Part shown: positions 24,564-34,364 of the stretch, in pieces
Position numbering within the stretch: the stretch's first letter is position 1
Layout of the letters: each line of letters starts with the position of its first letter
DNA from: Terriglobia bacterium
GTDB lineage: Bacteria; Acidobacteriota; Terriglobia; 20CM-2-55-15
Direction of reading: 5' to 3'
Assembly: GCA_963664115.2 (NCBI GenBank)
Contig: CAXWPJ010000009.1
Span: 640,001-704,000, forward strand
Length of the DNA stretch: 64,000 nt
Notes under the pieces: model-generated
What the model saw: only the letters and a program-made list of their open reading frames with translations
Told to the model about the DNA's origin: nothing
Databases searched by the model: none
Translations under genes and position numbers: made by a program

Positions 24564-26279
24564 ATGAATTTTCTGCGATTCAAGCGAGAAGCTAACGGAC
24601 ATCAAACTGTAGAAGTCCCCTTGCGCGGACTCGCGCTTTATGGCGAGCCACTACTCAATAAAGGATCTGCCTTCACAGCTGAAGAACGGCAACAGTTCGG
24701 ACTCGACGGTATGTTACCAGCCACGCAAAAGACGATGGCCGAGCAGGTTAAGCGAATCCGCAACATGTTGGATGCGCGTCCGGAGCCGTTGGGCAAGTAT
24801 CTGGAACTGGCCGCCCTTCAGGATAGAAACGAGCATCTGTTCTACCGTGTGTTGAGCGATAACATTGAGGAATTACTGCCGATCGTCTACACCCCGACTG
24901 TCGGTCTGGCCACCCAACGCTACAGTCACAATTTCCGGCGACAGCGAGGAATTTTCATCACCCCTGAGCATCGTGGCCGGGTCTCGACCGTCTTGCGACA
25001 AGGGGCTAGGTTCAGTAACGTAAAATTGATTGTCGCTACTGACAACGAGGCCATCCTCGGCATTGGCGACCAGGGCGCGGGGGGTATTTCCATTTGCATC
25101 GGCAAGCTCTCGATATACTGCGCAGCAGCAGGCATTCATCCTGTCGAAACCCTTCCCGTGAGCCTCGATGTGGGCACCGACAACGAAGAGCTTCTCAGCG
25201 ATGATGCGTATCTGGGATATCGCCATCCACGGCTGCGCGGCGAGGAGTACTTTGAGCTGCTGGACGAGTTCGTCGCAGCGGTCGCCGAGGTTTTTCCCGG
25301 GGCTGTCGTGCAGTGGGAGGACTTCCGGAAGGACAACGCTCTAGCGGTACTGCACCGTTACGACGGCCAGATAGCATCCTTCAACGACGACATCCAGGGC
25401 ACGGGGGCGATCGCTGTAGCGGCCATCATGTCTGCTTCCCGGGCGCTGGGACAGCACGTAAGGGACCAGCGCATCGTGATTTACGGCGCTGGCGCGGCAG
25501 GGCTGGGGATCACCGAACAGCTCCGCGCAGCGATGATTGCCGACGGCGGTACAGCCGAAGCGGCGCGGGGAGCGATTGCAGTTCTCGACAGCCGCGGCCT
25601 TCTCGTCGACGATGTCGCACAGAAGGAGGCCTACAAGGAAGAACTCGCTTGGCCCATGAGCGTTGCCGAGGCAGTTGGTCTGGGCGATCCAGTCCAGAGA
25701 GATCTCGCGGCAGTCATCCGCAACTTCAGACCCACAATTTTAATCGGCACATCTGGCGTCGCCCGATCCTTCTCCGAAGAAATAGTTCGAGAGATGGCTC
25801 GGCACGTGGATCGACCCGTCATCATGCCATTGTCCAACCCGACCGACAAAGCCGAGGCCATACCCGAAGACCTCGTCGCCTGGACTGAGGGCCGCTGCCT
25901 CGTGGCGACTGGAAGCCCGTTCCCCCCCGTTCCTTTGGACCAGGGCGAACTCAAAATCGCTCAGGGCAACAACGCGTTTATCTTTCCCGGCCTCGGCCTC
26001 GGCCTGATGGTGGGCGGAATCAAGAGCGTGACGCCCGCGATTCTGGCGGCGGCGGCTCGGGCACTGGCCGGCAAGGTTACCGAGGAGGAACTTCAGAGCG
26101 GCATGCTCTATCCGCGAACAGCCCGGATTTCGGAGGTGTCCCACGCGGTGGCCGTCGCAGTCGTTGAAGCCGCTGCCAAAGACGGCGGGAGCCGTTCCCT
26201 TTCAAAAAGTGAAGCCGAGAGCGCAGTCACTACTGCGACCTGGACGCCAGATTACCCTGAACTCGTGCCCGTCGACTGA
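24564..26279 (+). CDS. maeA: NAD-dependent malic enzyme
   Basis: NKGSAF, PIVYTPTVG, ILGIGDQG, QWEDF, FNDDIQGTG, GAGAAG, LSNPT, QGNN; ATG after GGAG. Confidence 0.93.
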   Translation: MNFLRFKREANGHQTVEVPLRGLALYGEPLLNKGSAFTAEERQQFGLDGMLPATQKTMAEQVKRIRNMLDARPEPLGKYLELAALQDRNEHLFYRVLSDNIEELLPIVYTPTVGLATQRYSHNFRRQRGIFITPEHRGRVSTVLRQGARFSNVKLIVATDNEAILGIGDQGAGGISICIGKLSIYCAAAGIHPVETLPVSLDVGTDNEELLSDDAYLGYRHPRLRGEEYFELLDEFVAAVAEVFPGAVVQWEDFRKDNALAVLHRYDGQIASFNDDIQGTGAIAVAAIMSASRALGQHVRDQRIVIYGAGAAGLGITEQLRAAMIADGGTAEAARGAIAVLDSRGLLVDDVAQKEAYKEELAWPMSVAEAVGLGDPVQRDLAAVIRNFRPTILIGTSGVARSFSEEIVREMARHVDRPVIMPLSNPTDKAEAIPEDLVAWTEGRCLVATGSPFPPVPLDQGELKIAQGNNAFIFPGLGLGLMVGGIKSVTPAILAAAARALAGKVTEEELQSGMLYPRTARISEVSHAVAVAVVEAAAKDGGSRSLSKSEAESAVTTATWTPDYPELVPVD

Positions 26280-26376
26280 CACGCCCTTGTTTCCGTCAAC
26301 TTACCTTAAGGCCCAACAAAAGCGGTGGCCCCCAGGGCCAGCCTGCCGAACTTCCTGGGTCGCAAGGAATTAATCG

Positions 26377-27339
26377 ATGATTGACCGTATTGCTCTCGCC
26401 CTTTCCGGTGGTGTCGGAGGAGCAAAGCTTGCGCTCGGATTGTCCCGGGTGCTCGACCCTCAGGAGCTGGTGATCGTCGCTAATACGGGCGACGACTTTG
26501 AGCACTTCGGACTGCACATCTCTCCCGATGTCGACACGCTGCTCTATACCCTTGCCGGCATCAACAATCCCGAAACCGGTTGGGGAAGGGCGGAGGAAAC
26601 TTGGTCGTGCATGACTGTCTTGAAGAGATTGCGCGACGAAACCTGGTTCCGGCTGGGTGACAAGGACATCGCGATGCATCTGTATCGGACGGCCCGGCTA
26701 AAGAACGGCGCAAGTTTGAGCGAAGTGATCGATGGACTGCGAATACTGCTGGAAATCGGGCCGGAAGTGCTACCGATGAGCGATCAGCCGGTCCGAACAA
26801 CGCTCGAAACCAATGAGGGACTCATGCCGTTCCAGCAGTACTTCGTTCGCGCAAGTTGCAAACCGGTCGTGAAGGCGCTACGTTTTGCCGGTGTAAGCGA
26901 CGCGCAAATGACACCGCGTTTTTCACATTTGCTTCGCAGCAACGACTTACGTGCCATCATCATATGCCCGTCCAATCCTTACCTGAGCATCGACCCGATA
27001 CTGGCGATACCCGGAGTGCGGGAGGGGATCGCACGCTCCCCTGCCCCGACAATTGCAGTTTCGCCCATCGTAGGCGGTAACGCGATCAAAGGCCCCACCG
27101 CTAAACTCATGTCCGAACTCGGCGTTCCTGTTTCTGCTACGGCCATTGTCGAACATTACAAAGATTCGCTTGACGGATTCGTTCTCGATGAAGTGGATGC
27201 CGGGCTGGCCGGCTCGATCGAGGCGAGTGGGATTGCATGCGCGGTCACAAACACTGTCATGAAAACTCTGGAAGATCGAACCCGGCTGGCGAGAGTCGTT
27301 CTTGAGTTCGCCCGCACTTTGAGCCCGACGGTCCAGTAA
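26377..27339 (+). CDS. cofD: F420-0 phosphotransferase CofD/FbiA
   Basis: LSGGVGGAKL, NTGDD, HISPDVDT, WFRLGDKD, FQQYFVR, PSNPYLSIDP, KGP. Confidence 0.95.
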   Translation: MIDRIALALSGGVGGAKLALGLSRVLDPQELVIVANTGDDFEHFGLHISPDVDTLLYTLAGINNPETGWGRAEETWSCMTVLKRLRDETWFRLGDKDIAMHLYRTARLKNGASLSEVIDGLRILLEIGPEVLPMSDQPVRTTLETNEGLMPFQQYFVRASCKPVVKALRFAGVSDAQMTPRFSHLLRSNDLRAIIICPSNPYLSIDPILAIPGVREGIARSPAPTIAVSPIVGGNAIKGPTAKLMSELGVPVSATAIVEHYKDSLDGFVLDEVDAGLAGSIEASGIACAVTNTVMKTLEDRTRLARVVLEFARTLSPTVQ

Positions 27340-27361
27340 TCGACGTCTGGGACAGTTTAAG

Positions 27362-27781
27362 ATGTTTAACGAGTCCGAGGCCCGTTTCCTTCGCGAAATG
27401 CGGGTAGCCCGGCTGGCGACGGCCGACGCTTCCGGCCAACCTCACGTCATCCCCATTGTGTTCGCTTTTGACGGGCAACATCTCTATACACCCATCGATG
27501 AGAAGCCGAAGCGCGTCGCGCCTTTACGGTTAAAGCGTGTCCGAAACCTTCTCGAAAACAGTCAGGTTGCCATCGTCGTAGACCGCTACGACAGAGATTG
27601 GACCCAGCTCGCATGGGTTCTGGTGAGAGGAACGGGAGAGCTTGTCGAAGAAGGTGAGACGAGCCGCACCGGGATAAGCCTGTTAAAAGAAAAGTATGCT
27701 CAATACGAACAGATGCCCCTGGAAGGCCGCCCGCTGATCGTTGTTACTCCCGGTGAGGTCACGAGTTGGGGAAAGCTGTGA
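27362..27781 (+). CDS. PPOX-class split beta-barrel, putative F420-dependent oxidoreductase (Rv0121-like)
   Basis: RVARLAT..G.PH.IP.VF, DEKPK, LKRVRN, DRYD.DW.QL.WV. Confidence 0.85.
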   Translation: MFNESEARFLREMRVARLATADASGQPHVIPIVFAFDGQHLYTPIDEKPKRVAPLRLKRVRNLLENSQVAIVVDRYDRDWTQLAWVLVRGTGELVEEGETSRTGISLLKEKYAQYEQMPLEGRPLIVVTPGEVTSWGKL

Positions 27782-27791
27782 TTCGCCCCTG

Positions 27792-29363
27792 CTATTCCCG
27801 CAAAGCGGCACGCTCAACCTTACCCGTAGCCGTCTTGGGTAGCTCGTCCATGAACTCGACCCACCGCGGACGCTTGTAGGGCGCCATGTGGGTCTTGCAA
27901 TGCTCGATCAGTTCGGCCGAAAGTTCGTCCGACGCAGCGATTCCCTCGCGAAGCGATATAAACGCCTTCGGTTTGACCAAACCATCTCCATCGGCCCGTC
28001 CCATCACGGCACATTCATAAACCGCTTCATGAGTCCGCAAGGTGTTCTCGATTTCGACCGGTGACACCCAGATGCCGCCCGCTTTGAGCATTTCGTCCCC
28101 GCGGCCGGCATAGTGATAATAGCCGTCCTCATCGAGGTAAAACTTGTCGCCCGTAAACAGCCATTCTCCCCGAAAAGCGTTCTGGGTTTTGTGGTACTGG
28201 TGCAGATAAAACAGAGCGAAGGTCTCTCCCTTGACCATCAGATCGCCAATCTCACCGACAGGCACTTCGCTGCCGTGTTCATCAAAGATCTTAGCCTCAA
28301 ATCCATCGACCACCTTACCGATCGTGCCGGGCCTGATGTCGTCCGGCCGGTTGGACAGGAAGAGTGCGATCGCTTCGGTCGTCCCCATTCCCTCGACAAT
28401 TTCCAATCCGGTCTTTTCTTTCCACGCCTCCCAGAGCGAAGCCGGCAGTGCCTCGCCTGCGGCAGCACACAGGCGCAACGAAGACAGGTCATAATTCTCC
28501 GCAAAGCCCTCAACGGCCAACATGCTGGCGTAACCGGTCGGTACGTTGAAAAGAAATGTGGGCTTGAAGCGATCGATGGTTTCCAGGATGTACACAGATT
28601 TTCGTGGGGGCTGGGAACACAAGACCGTACTCGCACCAACATGCCACGGGGAGAACAGGTTGACACCCAGGCCATAGGTAAAAAACAATCGGGCGATAGA
28701 AAACGTTCGATCAGTTTCGCCCAGACCAAGGGTATTGATCGTGTATAGCTGGGAACTGATCGGCATGTCTTTGTGGGCGTGCTGAATTCCTTTCGGACGA
28801 CCCGTGGTCCCGCTGGTGTAGTTCAAGGTGCAGAAGTCGTCCTGGTGGGTGGGCGCCCCTTCGCGTTCCTTTGATTCGCCAGCGATCCAATCCTCGAAAC
28901 TTATAGAGTCGATCTGCGTAATCGAGCTGGTAGAGCCGATGACAACAACGTGTTTGAGGAACGGCCGCTCGGCAAGCATGTCTGCGATTTTCCCTGCCAG
29001 CGTCTGGTGAACGACCAACACCCTCGCCCGACTGTCGTCCAGCATGTATGCGTATTCAGGTGCGGTCAGGGTGGTGCTCATACCGACAGCCACACCCCCG
29101 ATCTTCATGACGCCAAAGAAAGATGTGACCCACTCCGGAACGTCGAGCGAAAGAATTGCGACGAAAGTACCCATACGAACGCCACATTTCTCCAGCGCAT
29201 TACTGACCTGGTTGACCTCTTCGGAAACTTCCCGGAACGTCATCTCCCTTTCGAGGCAGTAAAGGGCTGTTTTGTCGGCGCGGGTGGCCAGGTTGTGTTC
29301 CAGAACGTCAATGCAGTTGTAGTGCAGGGGGAGGTCAGCAATCTTCATTATGTCGACAGTCAT
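27792..29363 (-). CDS. Benzoate-CoA ligase family AMP-forming ligase
   Basis: YTSGTTGRPKG, RLFFTYGLG, AGEALP, GMGTTE, TGDK, GIWVSP.E.E, PKTATGK. Confidence 0.88.
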   Translation of the reverse strand: MTVDIMKIADLPLHYNCIDVLEHNLATRADKTALYCLEREMTFREVSEEVNQVSNALEKCGVRMGTFVAILSLDVPEWVTSFFGVMKIGGVAVGMSTTLTAPEYAYMLDDSRARVLVVHQTLAGKIADMLAERPFLKHVVVIGSTSSITQIDSISFEDWIAGESKEREGAPTHQDDFCTLNYTSGTTGRPKGIQHAHKDMPISSQLYTINTLGLGETDRTFSIARLFFTYGLGVNLFSPWHVGASTVLCSQPPRKSVYILETIDRFKPTFLFNVPTGYASMLAVEGFAENYDLSSLRLCAAAGEALPASLWEAWKEKTGLEIVEGMGTTEAIALFLSNRPDDIRPGTIGKVVDGFEAKIFDEHGSEVPVGEIGDLMVKGETFALFYLHQYHKTQNAFRGEWLFTGDKFYLDEDGYYHYAGRGDEMLKAGGIWVSPVEIENTLRTHEAVYECAVMGRADGDGLVKPKAFISLREGIAASDELSAELIEHCKTHMAPYKRPRWVEFMDELPKTATGKVERAALRE

Positions 29364-29367
29364 ATTA

Positions 29368-30168
29368 TTACGAGTCGTCTGAATGAAAATTCGGAGGACG
29401 CTTGCCCTGGATCGCGTCCACACCTTCGAGCAGGTCCTTACCAAAAAAGCCCATCATTTCCAGGGCCAGCGAGTGATCAAAAATCGGAGCCGCCTGAAGC
29501 AACCACTGGTTCAGGGCACGCTTGGTAAATCTGTTGGCATCAGTCGGTCCGGTTGCGACCTTTGTCGCCACTTCCATGGCCTTGTCGAGCAACTCGTCAT
29601 CAGGAGTGCAGAGGCTGACCAGACCAATACGTTCAGCTTCGGGTCCCTTGATGAAATCGCAGGTCAGCAAGTAATACTTGGCTTTCGCCATACCGCACAA
29701 CAGCGGCCAGATGATAGCGCCGTGATCACCGGCTGCAACTCCGAGGCGTGTGTGTCCGTCAGCCAGTCGGGCACTTTCGGCCATGATACTGATGTCTGAG
29801 AGAAGGGCCACCACGACTCCGGCACCGACCGCAACACCGTTCACAGCCGAAATGATAGGCTTGGAGCAATGCAGCATGTTGTAGACGATGTTACGGGCTT
29901 CATCGAGAATAGCGACGATCTCCTCGTAGTTTCCGTGGGATTCTTTCACTCGTTTGAGGTCGCCACCAGCTGAAAACGCCCTTCCTGCTCCTGTAATGAC
30001 CGCCACGCGCACTTCGGGGTCGCGGTCTATCATCGGCCAGATATCCACAAAAGCTTGGTGCATGGCCGCGTCGGCCATATTCAATTTGTCGGGTTTGTTT
30101 AGGGTTATCCAGAGAATGCCGTTGTCACGTCGCTCGAACAAGATGTCTTTAAAAACAGAATAGTCCAT
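29368..30168 (-). CDS. Crotonase-superfamily protein lacking the usual catalytic glutamates
   Basis: FSAGGDL, AVNGVAVGAG, DGHTRLGVAAGDH. Confidence 0.88.
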   Translation of the reverse strand: MDYSVFKDILFERRDNGILWITLNKPDKLNMADAAMHQAFVDIWPMIDRDPEVRVAVITGAGRAFSAGGDLKRVKESHGNYEEIVAILDEARNIVYNMLHCSKPIISAVNGVAVGAGVVVALLSDISIMAESARLADGHTRLGVAAGDHGAIIWPLLCGMAKAKYYLLTCDFIKGPEAERIGLVSLCTPDDELLDKAMEVATKVATGPTDANRFTKRALNQWLLQAAPIFDHSLALEMMGFFGKDLLEGVDAIQGKRPPNFHSDDS

Positions 30169-30185
30169 TGAGAATTCCTTCTATT

Positions 30186-31868
30186 TCAAATGACCTGGCT
30201 GGAGTTATAAACGCCGTAAACGCCACGGAGCGACTCGCAGATTTCACCGATCGTTGCGTAAGCTTTGACACTATCGATCAACACAGGAATGAGGTTATCC
30301 CCGGCTCTGGCAGCGTCCCCCAGATCGCTAAGCGATTGTGTGAGCAGAGCGTCGTCGCGTTTTTCCCTGAGCACTGCGAGTTTCGCGATCTGTTTTCGCT
30401 GGGTTTCGGGATTGCCTTTGAAAACTGGGATCTCTTCGGTACCCTCACTCTGGTACTCGTTGAGACCGACCAGAATTCTGTCCTTCGTTTCGATCTGACG
30501 CTGATATCGGTAGGCTGCGTCGGACAACTCGCGGTGGTAGTAACCGTTGTCGATGCACGACACGGCTCCACCCAGGGCCTCGATCTTCTCCAGGTACTGA
30601 TAAACTTCAGCCTCAAGGGAATCGGTCAGGGACTCGATCGCATACGAACCACCCAGGGCATCCGCCGTACCGGTGATGCCGGACTCATTCGCCACGATCT
30701 GTTGGGTCCTCAGAGCGATGGTCGCGGCCTCCTCGGTCGGAATGGCATAGGCTTCGTCATAAGACGAGGTGGCGATTGTCTGTACGCCGCCCAAGGCTGC
30801 AGCCATTGTTTCGATAGCCACGCGAGCAATGTTGTTTAAGGGCTGCTGGGCCACCAGGTTGCCACCCAAGGTGTATGCGAAAATCTTCAGCTTCATTGTG
30901 TCTGGATTTTCAGCACCATAGCGTTCCCTCATCAGTTTCGCCCAAATGCGACGCCCTGCCCTGAACTTCGCCACTTCCTCTAGAACGTCTATACCCGCCG
31001 AAAGGAAGGTCCATATCTGCCCGGCGAAGTCGTCGATTTTTAGACCGCGACCGATTACTTCATCCACATAGGCCAGACCATTGGCGAAGGTAAAAGCCAA
31101 CTCCTGCGCCGCGGTGCTTCCGCTGTCGCGGATGTGATAGCCACTCATTGCCAAGGGCGTCCACGACCCCAAATTCCGGCCGCAATATTCGATAACGTCG
31201 GACGACAACTTCAGGCCTGCTTCCGGCGGAAGAATGTATGTGCCCCGCGCGATGTATTCCTTGAGCACATCGTTCTGCAGAAACATGCGGGTGTTCGCGA
31301 TATTGACGCCCTTCTTTTCGAATGCTGCGATGTACATGGCTGCGATGATCGGGCCAATGGAATTCGCCGTGGTTCGAATCTGGCGGACCTTTTCAAGGGG
31401 AATGCCTTCAAAGAGCCGTTCCATGTCGTCGAGGGAACCGATATGGACTCCCGTTACCCCCACTTCGCCTGCAGCGAGAGGGTGGTCGGCGTCATATCCG
31501 CATTGAGTGGGGAGATCCAGAGCAATAGAGAACCCGGTTTGACCCCGCTCAAGCAAGGCCCGGTAACGCTCGTTCGCCTCTTCGGCTGAGCCAAAGCCGG
31601 AGTACATGCCCATGACCCAGAAGTTGCCCCGATACATCGTCGGGCTGACGCCCCGCGTGAAGGGGTAGGTCCCTGGATAACCCAGCTTCTCTTCAGCGCT
31701 TCCCGCCTCAGCGCCGTTGCCGGAAATGTCCTCGCGGGTATAGGTTCGCTCCAGCGGCTTCCCGGAGATCGTCGTGAATTCGTCTCGCCGCTCAGCTTCA
31801 GCTTCGAGGTGCGGATCGACAACCTTGGCTTGCCACTCGGCTTTGTTCGTCACATTTTCGTTGGACAT
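30186..31868 (-). CDS. AdoCbl-dependent acyl-CoA mutase, large (substrate-binding) subunit, atypical active site
   Basis: PGTYPFTRG, GQTG.S.A.DLPTQ.GYD.DH, QNDVLKEYIARG, SGYH, A.A.GG.Q; no C-terminal B12 domain. Confidence 0.92.
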   Translation of the reverse strand: MSNENVTNKAEWQAKVVDPHLEAEAERRDEFTTISGKPLERTYTREDISGNGAEAGSAEEKLGYPGTYPFTRGVSPTMYRGNFWVMGMYSGFGSAEEANERYRALLERGQTGFSIALDLPTQCGYDADHPLAAGEVGVTGVHIGSLDDMERLFEGIPLEKVRQIRTTANSIGPIIAAMYIAAFEKKGVNIANTRMFLQNDVLKEYIARGTYILPPEAGLKLSSDVIEYCGRNLGSWTPLAMSGYHIRDSGSTAAQELAFTFANGLAYVDEVIGRGLKIDDFAGQIWTFLSAGIDVLEEVAKFRAGRRIWAKLMRERYGAENPDTMKLKIFAYTLGGNLVAQQPLNNIARVAIETMAAALGGVQTIATSSYDEAYAIPTEEAATIALRTQQIVANESGITGTADALGGSYAIESLTDSLEAEVYQYLEKIEALGGAVSCIDNGYYHRELSDAAYRYQRQIETKDRILVGLNEYQSEGTEEIPVFKGNPETQRKQIAKLAVLREKRDDALLTQSLSDLGDAARAGDNLIPVLIDSVKAYATIGEICESLRGVYGVYNSSQVI

Positions 31869-31879
31869 TCGAAGGTTCT

Positions 31880-33100
31880 CTAAGCGTCCACCTTGACGAT
31901 GACTGATTCCGCTTCGCCGATACCACCACAGATGGTCACGAGTCCGTAGAACGGCCGGTTCTCGCCCGAAGCCTTCCGGCGCCGACCCAGTTCGTGAACC
32001 AAGGTGATGATCAGCCGCGCGCCGGTAGCGCCGGTGGGGTGACCCAGGGCAATGGCGCCGCCATTGACGTTGGTCTTTGCCCGGACAGCTTCGACCTTTT
32101 CTGGGTCGCGACCGCCCATGATCAAAGTCGAAACCAGCGGCATCGCCGCAAAGGCCTCGTTGATCTCGATCAAGTCGATATCCTCAACCGTCATACCCGC
32201 TTTTTCCAGCGCAAGCCGAGCCCCCTCGGCCGGAATCGATGCCAGCTTGTCGGGATGGCCGGAAGCCATAGCCCAGGCCATAAGGCTTGCGAGGGGCTTC
32301 GTACCTCTCTTCTTCGCCTCCTCAGCGGACATCAATAGCATCGCGGAGGACCCGGTACTGAGACCCGGAGCGTTACCGGGAGTGACGGTCGGACTGCCAT
32401 AAATAGTCTTTAACTTGGCCAGTTTCTCCAACGAGCTGTCGGCTCGCGGAGACTCATCTTCCTCCACTATGATTGGATCTCCCCGACGTTGCGGCACTTC
32501 AATCGAAACCAGTTCATCTTTGAAATATCCCGCCTCTTTGGCCTTGAAATAATTCTGATGGCTCCTGAGGGCCCAGGCGTCCTGTTCCTCACGCGTCACA
32601 TTGAATTCAACGGCCTCTTCTCCCGCCTGAAGAGCACGGGGTTTGCCCGTCATCGGGCAGGCGATGATCAACTGGTCTTTGAGGGTGACATCCCCCAGGC
32701 GTTTTCCCCATCGAAGGTCGTTCAAGAAGTACGGAACCTTGCTCATGTTCTCAACACCGCCCGCGAGGACGACCTTGGACTCGCCAAGGCGGATGGAGCG
32801 TGACCCTAAGTTGACAGCAGCAATGGACGAACAGCAGGCCCGGTCTACCGTATACGCAACCCGATTGGCAGGGATTCCGGATTCGATCAAGACCTGCCGG
32901 GCAATCGAGCGGTCCGCACCCGGCAAGTTGACGCCTGTCGCCACTTCTTCTACGTCCGCGGGCTCGACACCGGCCCGCCGAATCGCTTCGGCCATGACCC
33001 GGCCACCGAGTTCGGGTAAGCTAAAATCCTTCAGGGCACCGCCGAACTTGCCGAAGGGGCTCCGCACGGCGCTTATGACAACGACTTCTTCCTGACTCAC
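31880..33100 (-). CDS. Thiolase (acetyl-CoA acyltransferase family)
   Basis: RSPFG, nucleophile loop DRACCSS, GG.E.MS, NEAF, GHP.GATG, second Cys in TICGG. Confidence 0.92.
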   Translation of the reverse strand: MSQEEVVVISAVRSPFGKFGGALKDFSLPELGGRVMAEAIRRAGVEPADVEEVATGVNLPGADRSIARQVLIESGIPANRVAYTVDRACCSSIAAVNLGSRSIRLGESKVVLAGGVENMSKVPYFLNDLRWGKRLGDVTLKDQLIIACPMTGKPRALQAGEEAVEFNVTREEQDAWALRSHQNYFKAKEAGYFKDELVSIEVPQRRGDPIIVEEDESPRADSSLEKLAKLKTIYGSPTVTPGNAPGLSTGSSAMLLMSAEEAKKRGTKPLASLMAWAMASGHPDKLASIPAEGARLALEKAGMTVEDIDLIEINEAFAAMPLVSTLIMGGRDPEKVEAVRAKTNVNGGAIALGHPTGATGARLIITLVHELGRRRKASGENRPFYGLVTICGGIGEAESVIVKVDA

Positions 33101-33143
33101 AATATTTCTCCTGCATCCTCTATGAACATTTCCGACACTCTGT

Positions 33144-34364
33144 CTAAATGACTTTTTGCTCTTTCAATTCTGCTATCTGCTCTTGGGTGTAACCCAGTTC
33201 CCCGCTCAGAATTTCAGCGTTGTGCTCCCCTAACAACGGCGCCGGCTCCGTGCGTGGTTCCGGGTTCGCCGACAGTTTGGCCACTGGACCCACAAGCTTC
33301 ACCGAACCCATCACAGGATCGGGCACATCGATCAGCAGCTTTCGGGCGGCAACGTGGGGATCTTCAAAGATGTCCTGAGCGTTTTGCACGGGACCGACGG
33401 GCAGCCCAGCAGCCAATAGTTTCTCGGTTGCTTCGGCGCGGGTGTTTCCGGCAAACCACTCGTTGATAATATCGCCCAACCAACCGGACATATTCCCGGC
33501 GCGCTCGGGACCCGAAGTCGTTCCCTCGTGTCCGGCCAGATCGGGTCGGCCGATCGCCTCGCAGAACTTGCCCCAGTCGCGTTCAGTGGCGACGATCAGG
33601 CCCACATAGCCATCCGTGCACTCGAACGGCCCCCAAGGGGCCATATACGGCTCGCGCCCCCGTGAGAGGGTGGTTCCAGCCAGAGAGTAGGCCGAGACTG
33701 AACGTTCGGCCAATCCAATGATGGTGTCGTACATGGAGACATCAATGTACTGCCCTTTGCCGGTTTCCTTGCGCTGATACAGGGCCAAAGCAATGGCGTT
33801 GGCCGCGTTCATACCCGAGACGATGTCGCCCAGGGCCGAGCCCAGCCACGTTGGAGGGCCGTCAGCCTGACCGCAGGAATGCATCATCCCTCCCATCGCC
33901 TGGGCCACGATGTCGTAGGCCGGCCGCTTACTGTAAGGTCCCAGGAAGCCATCCATGCTGCCAAAGCCCGAAATACAGGTGTAAATGAGGCCGGGATTGA
34001 GTTCTGACAATGCTTTGTAGCCGACACCCATATCATCGAGCAGACCGGGCCGGAAGTTTTCCACAACGACGTCCGATTCCTTCGCCAAATCGCGAAAGAG
34101 CTCACGGCCTTTGTCGCTCTTGAGGTTAAGCGTCAGGCTGCGCTTGTTGCGATTAAACCGGAGGAAGTAACCACTTTGTGTTTCTCCCTTGTCGTTCTTG
34201 AGTTTCGGCGCACCTCCGCGGGCGGTGTCACCACCTTGGGGGCGTTCTACTTTGATGACGTTGGCCCCCTGGTCGGCCAGCATCATGGTGCAATACGGGC
34301 CGGCCACTTGAATTTCGAAGCTCAGCACTTTTATGCCTTCGAGAGGTCTTCTGGGGCGACTCAC
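33144..34364 (-). CDS. Family III (CaiB/BaiF) CoA-transferase
   Basis: AGPYC...LADQGA.VIKVE, NRNKRS, ENFRPG, AYD, catalytic Asp in ALGD, APLLGEH; GGAGG RBS. Confidence 0.93.
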   Translation of the reverse strand: MSRPRRPLEGIKVLSFEIQVAGPYCTMMLADQGANVIKVERPQGGDTARGGAPKLKNDKGETQSGYFLRFNRNKRSLTLNLKSDKGRELFRDLAKESDVVVENFRPGLLDDMGVGYKALSELNPGLIYTCISGFGSMDGFLGPYSKRPAYDIVAQAMGGMMHSCGQADGPPTWLGSALGDIVSGMNAANAIALALYQRKETGKGQYIDVSMYDTIIGLAERSVSAYSLAGTTLSRGREPYMAPWGPFECTDGYVGLIVATERDWGKFCEAIGRPDLAGHEGTTSGPERAGNMSGWLGDIINEWFAGNTRAEATEKLLAAGLPVGPVQNAQDIFEDPHVAARKLLIDVPDPVMGSVKLVGPVAKLSANPEPRTEPAPLLGEHNAEILSGELGYTQEQIAELKEQKVI

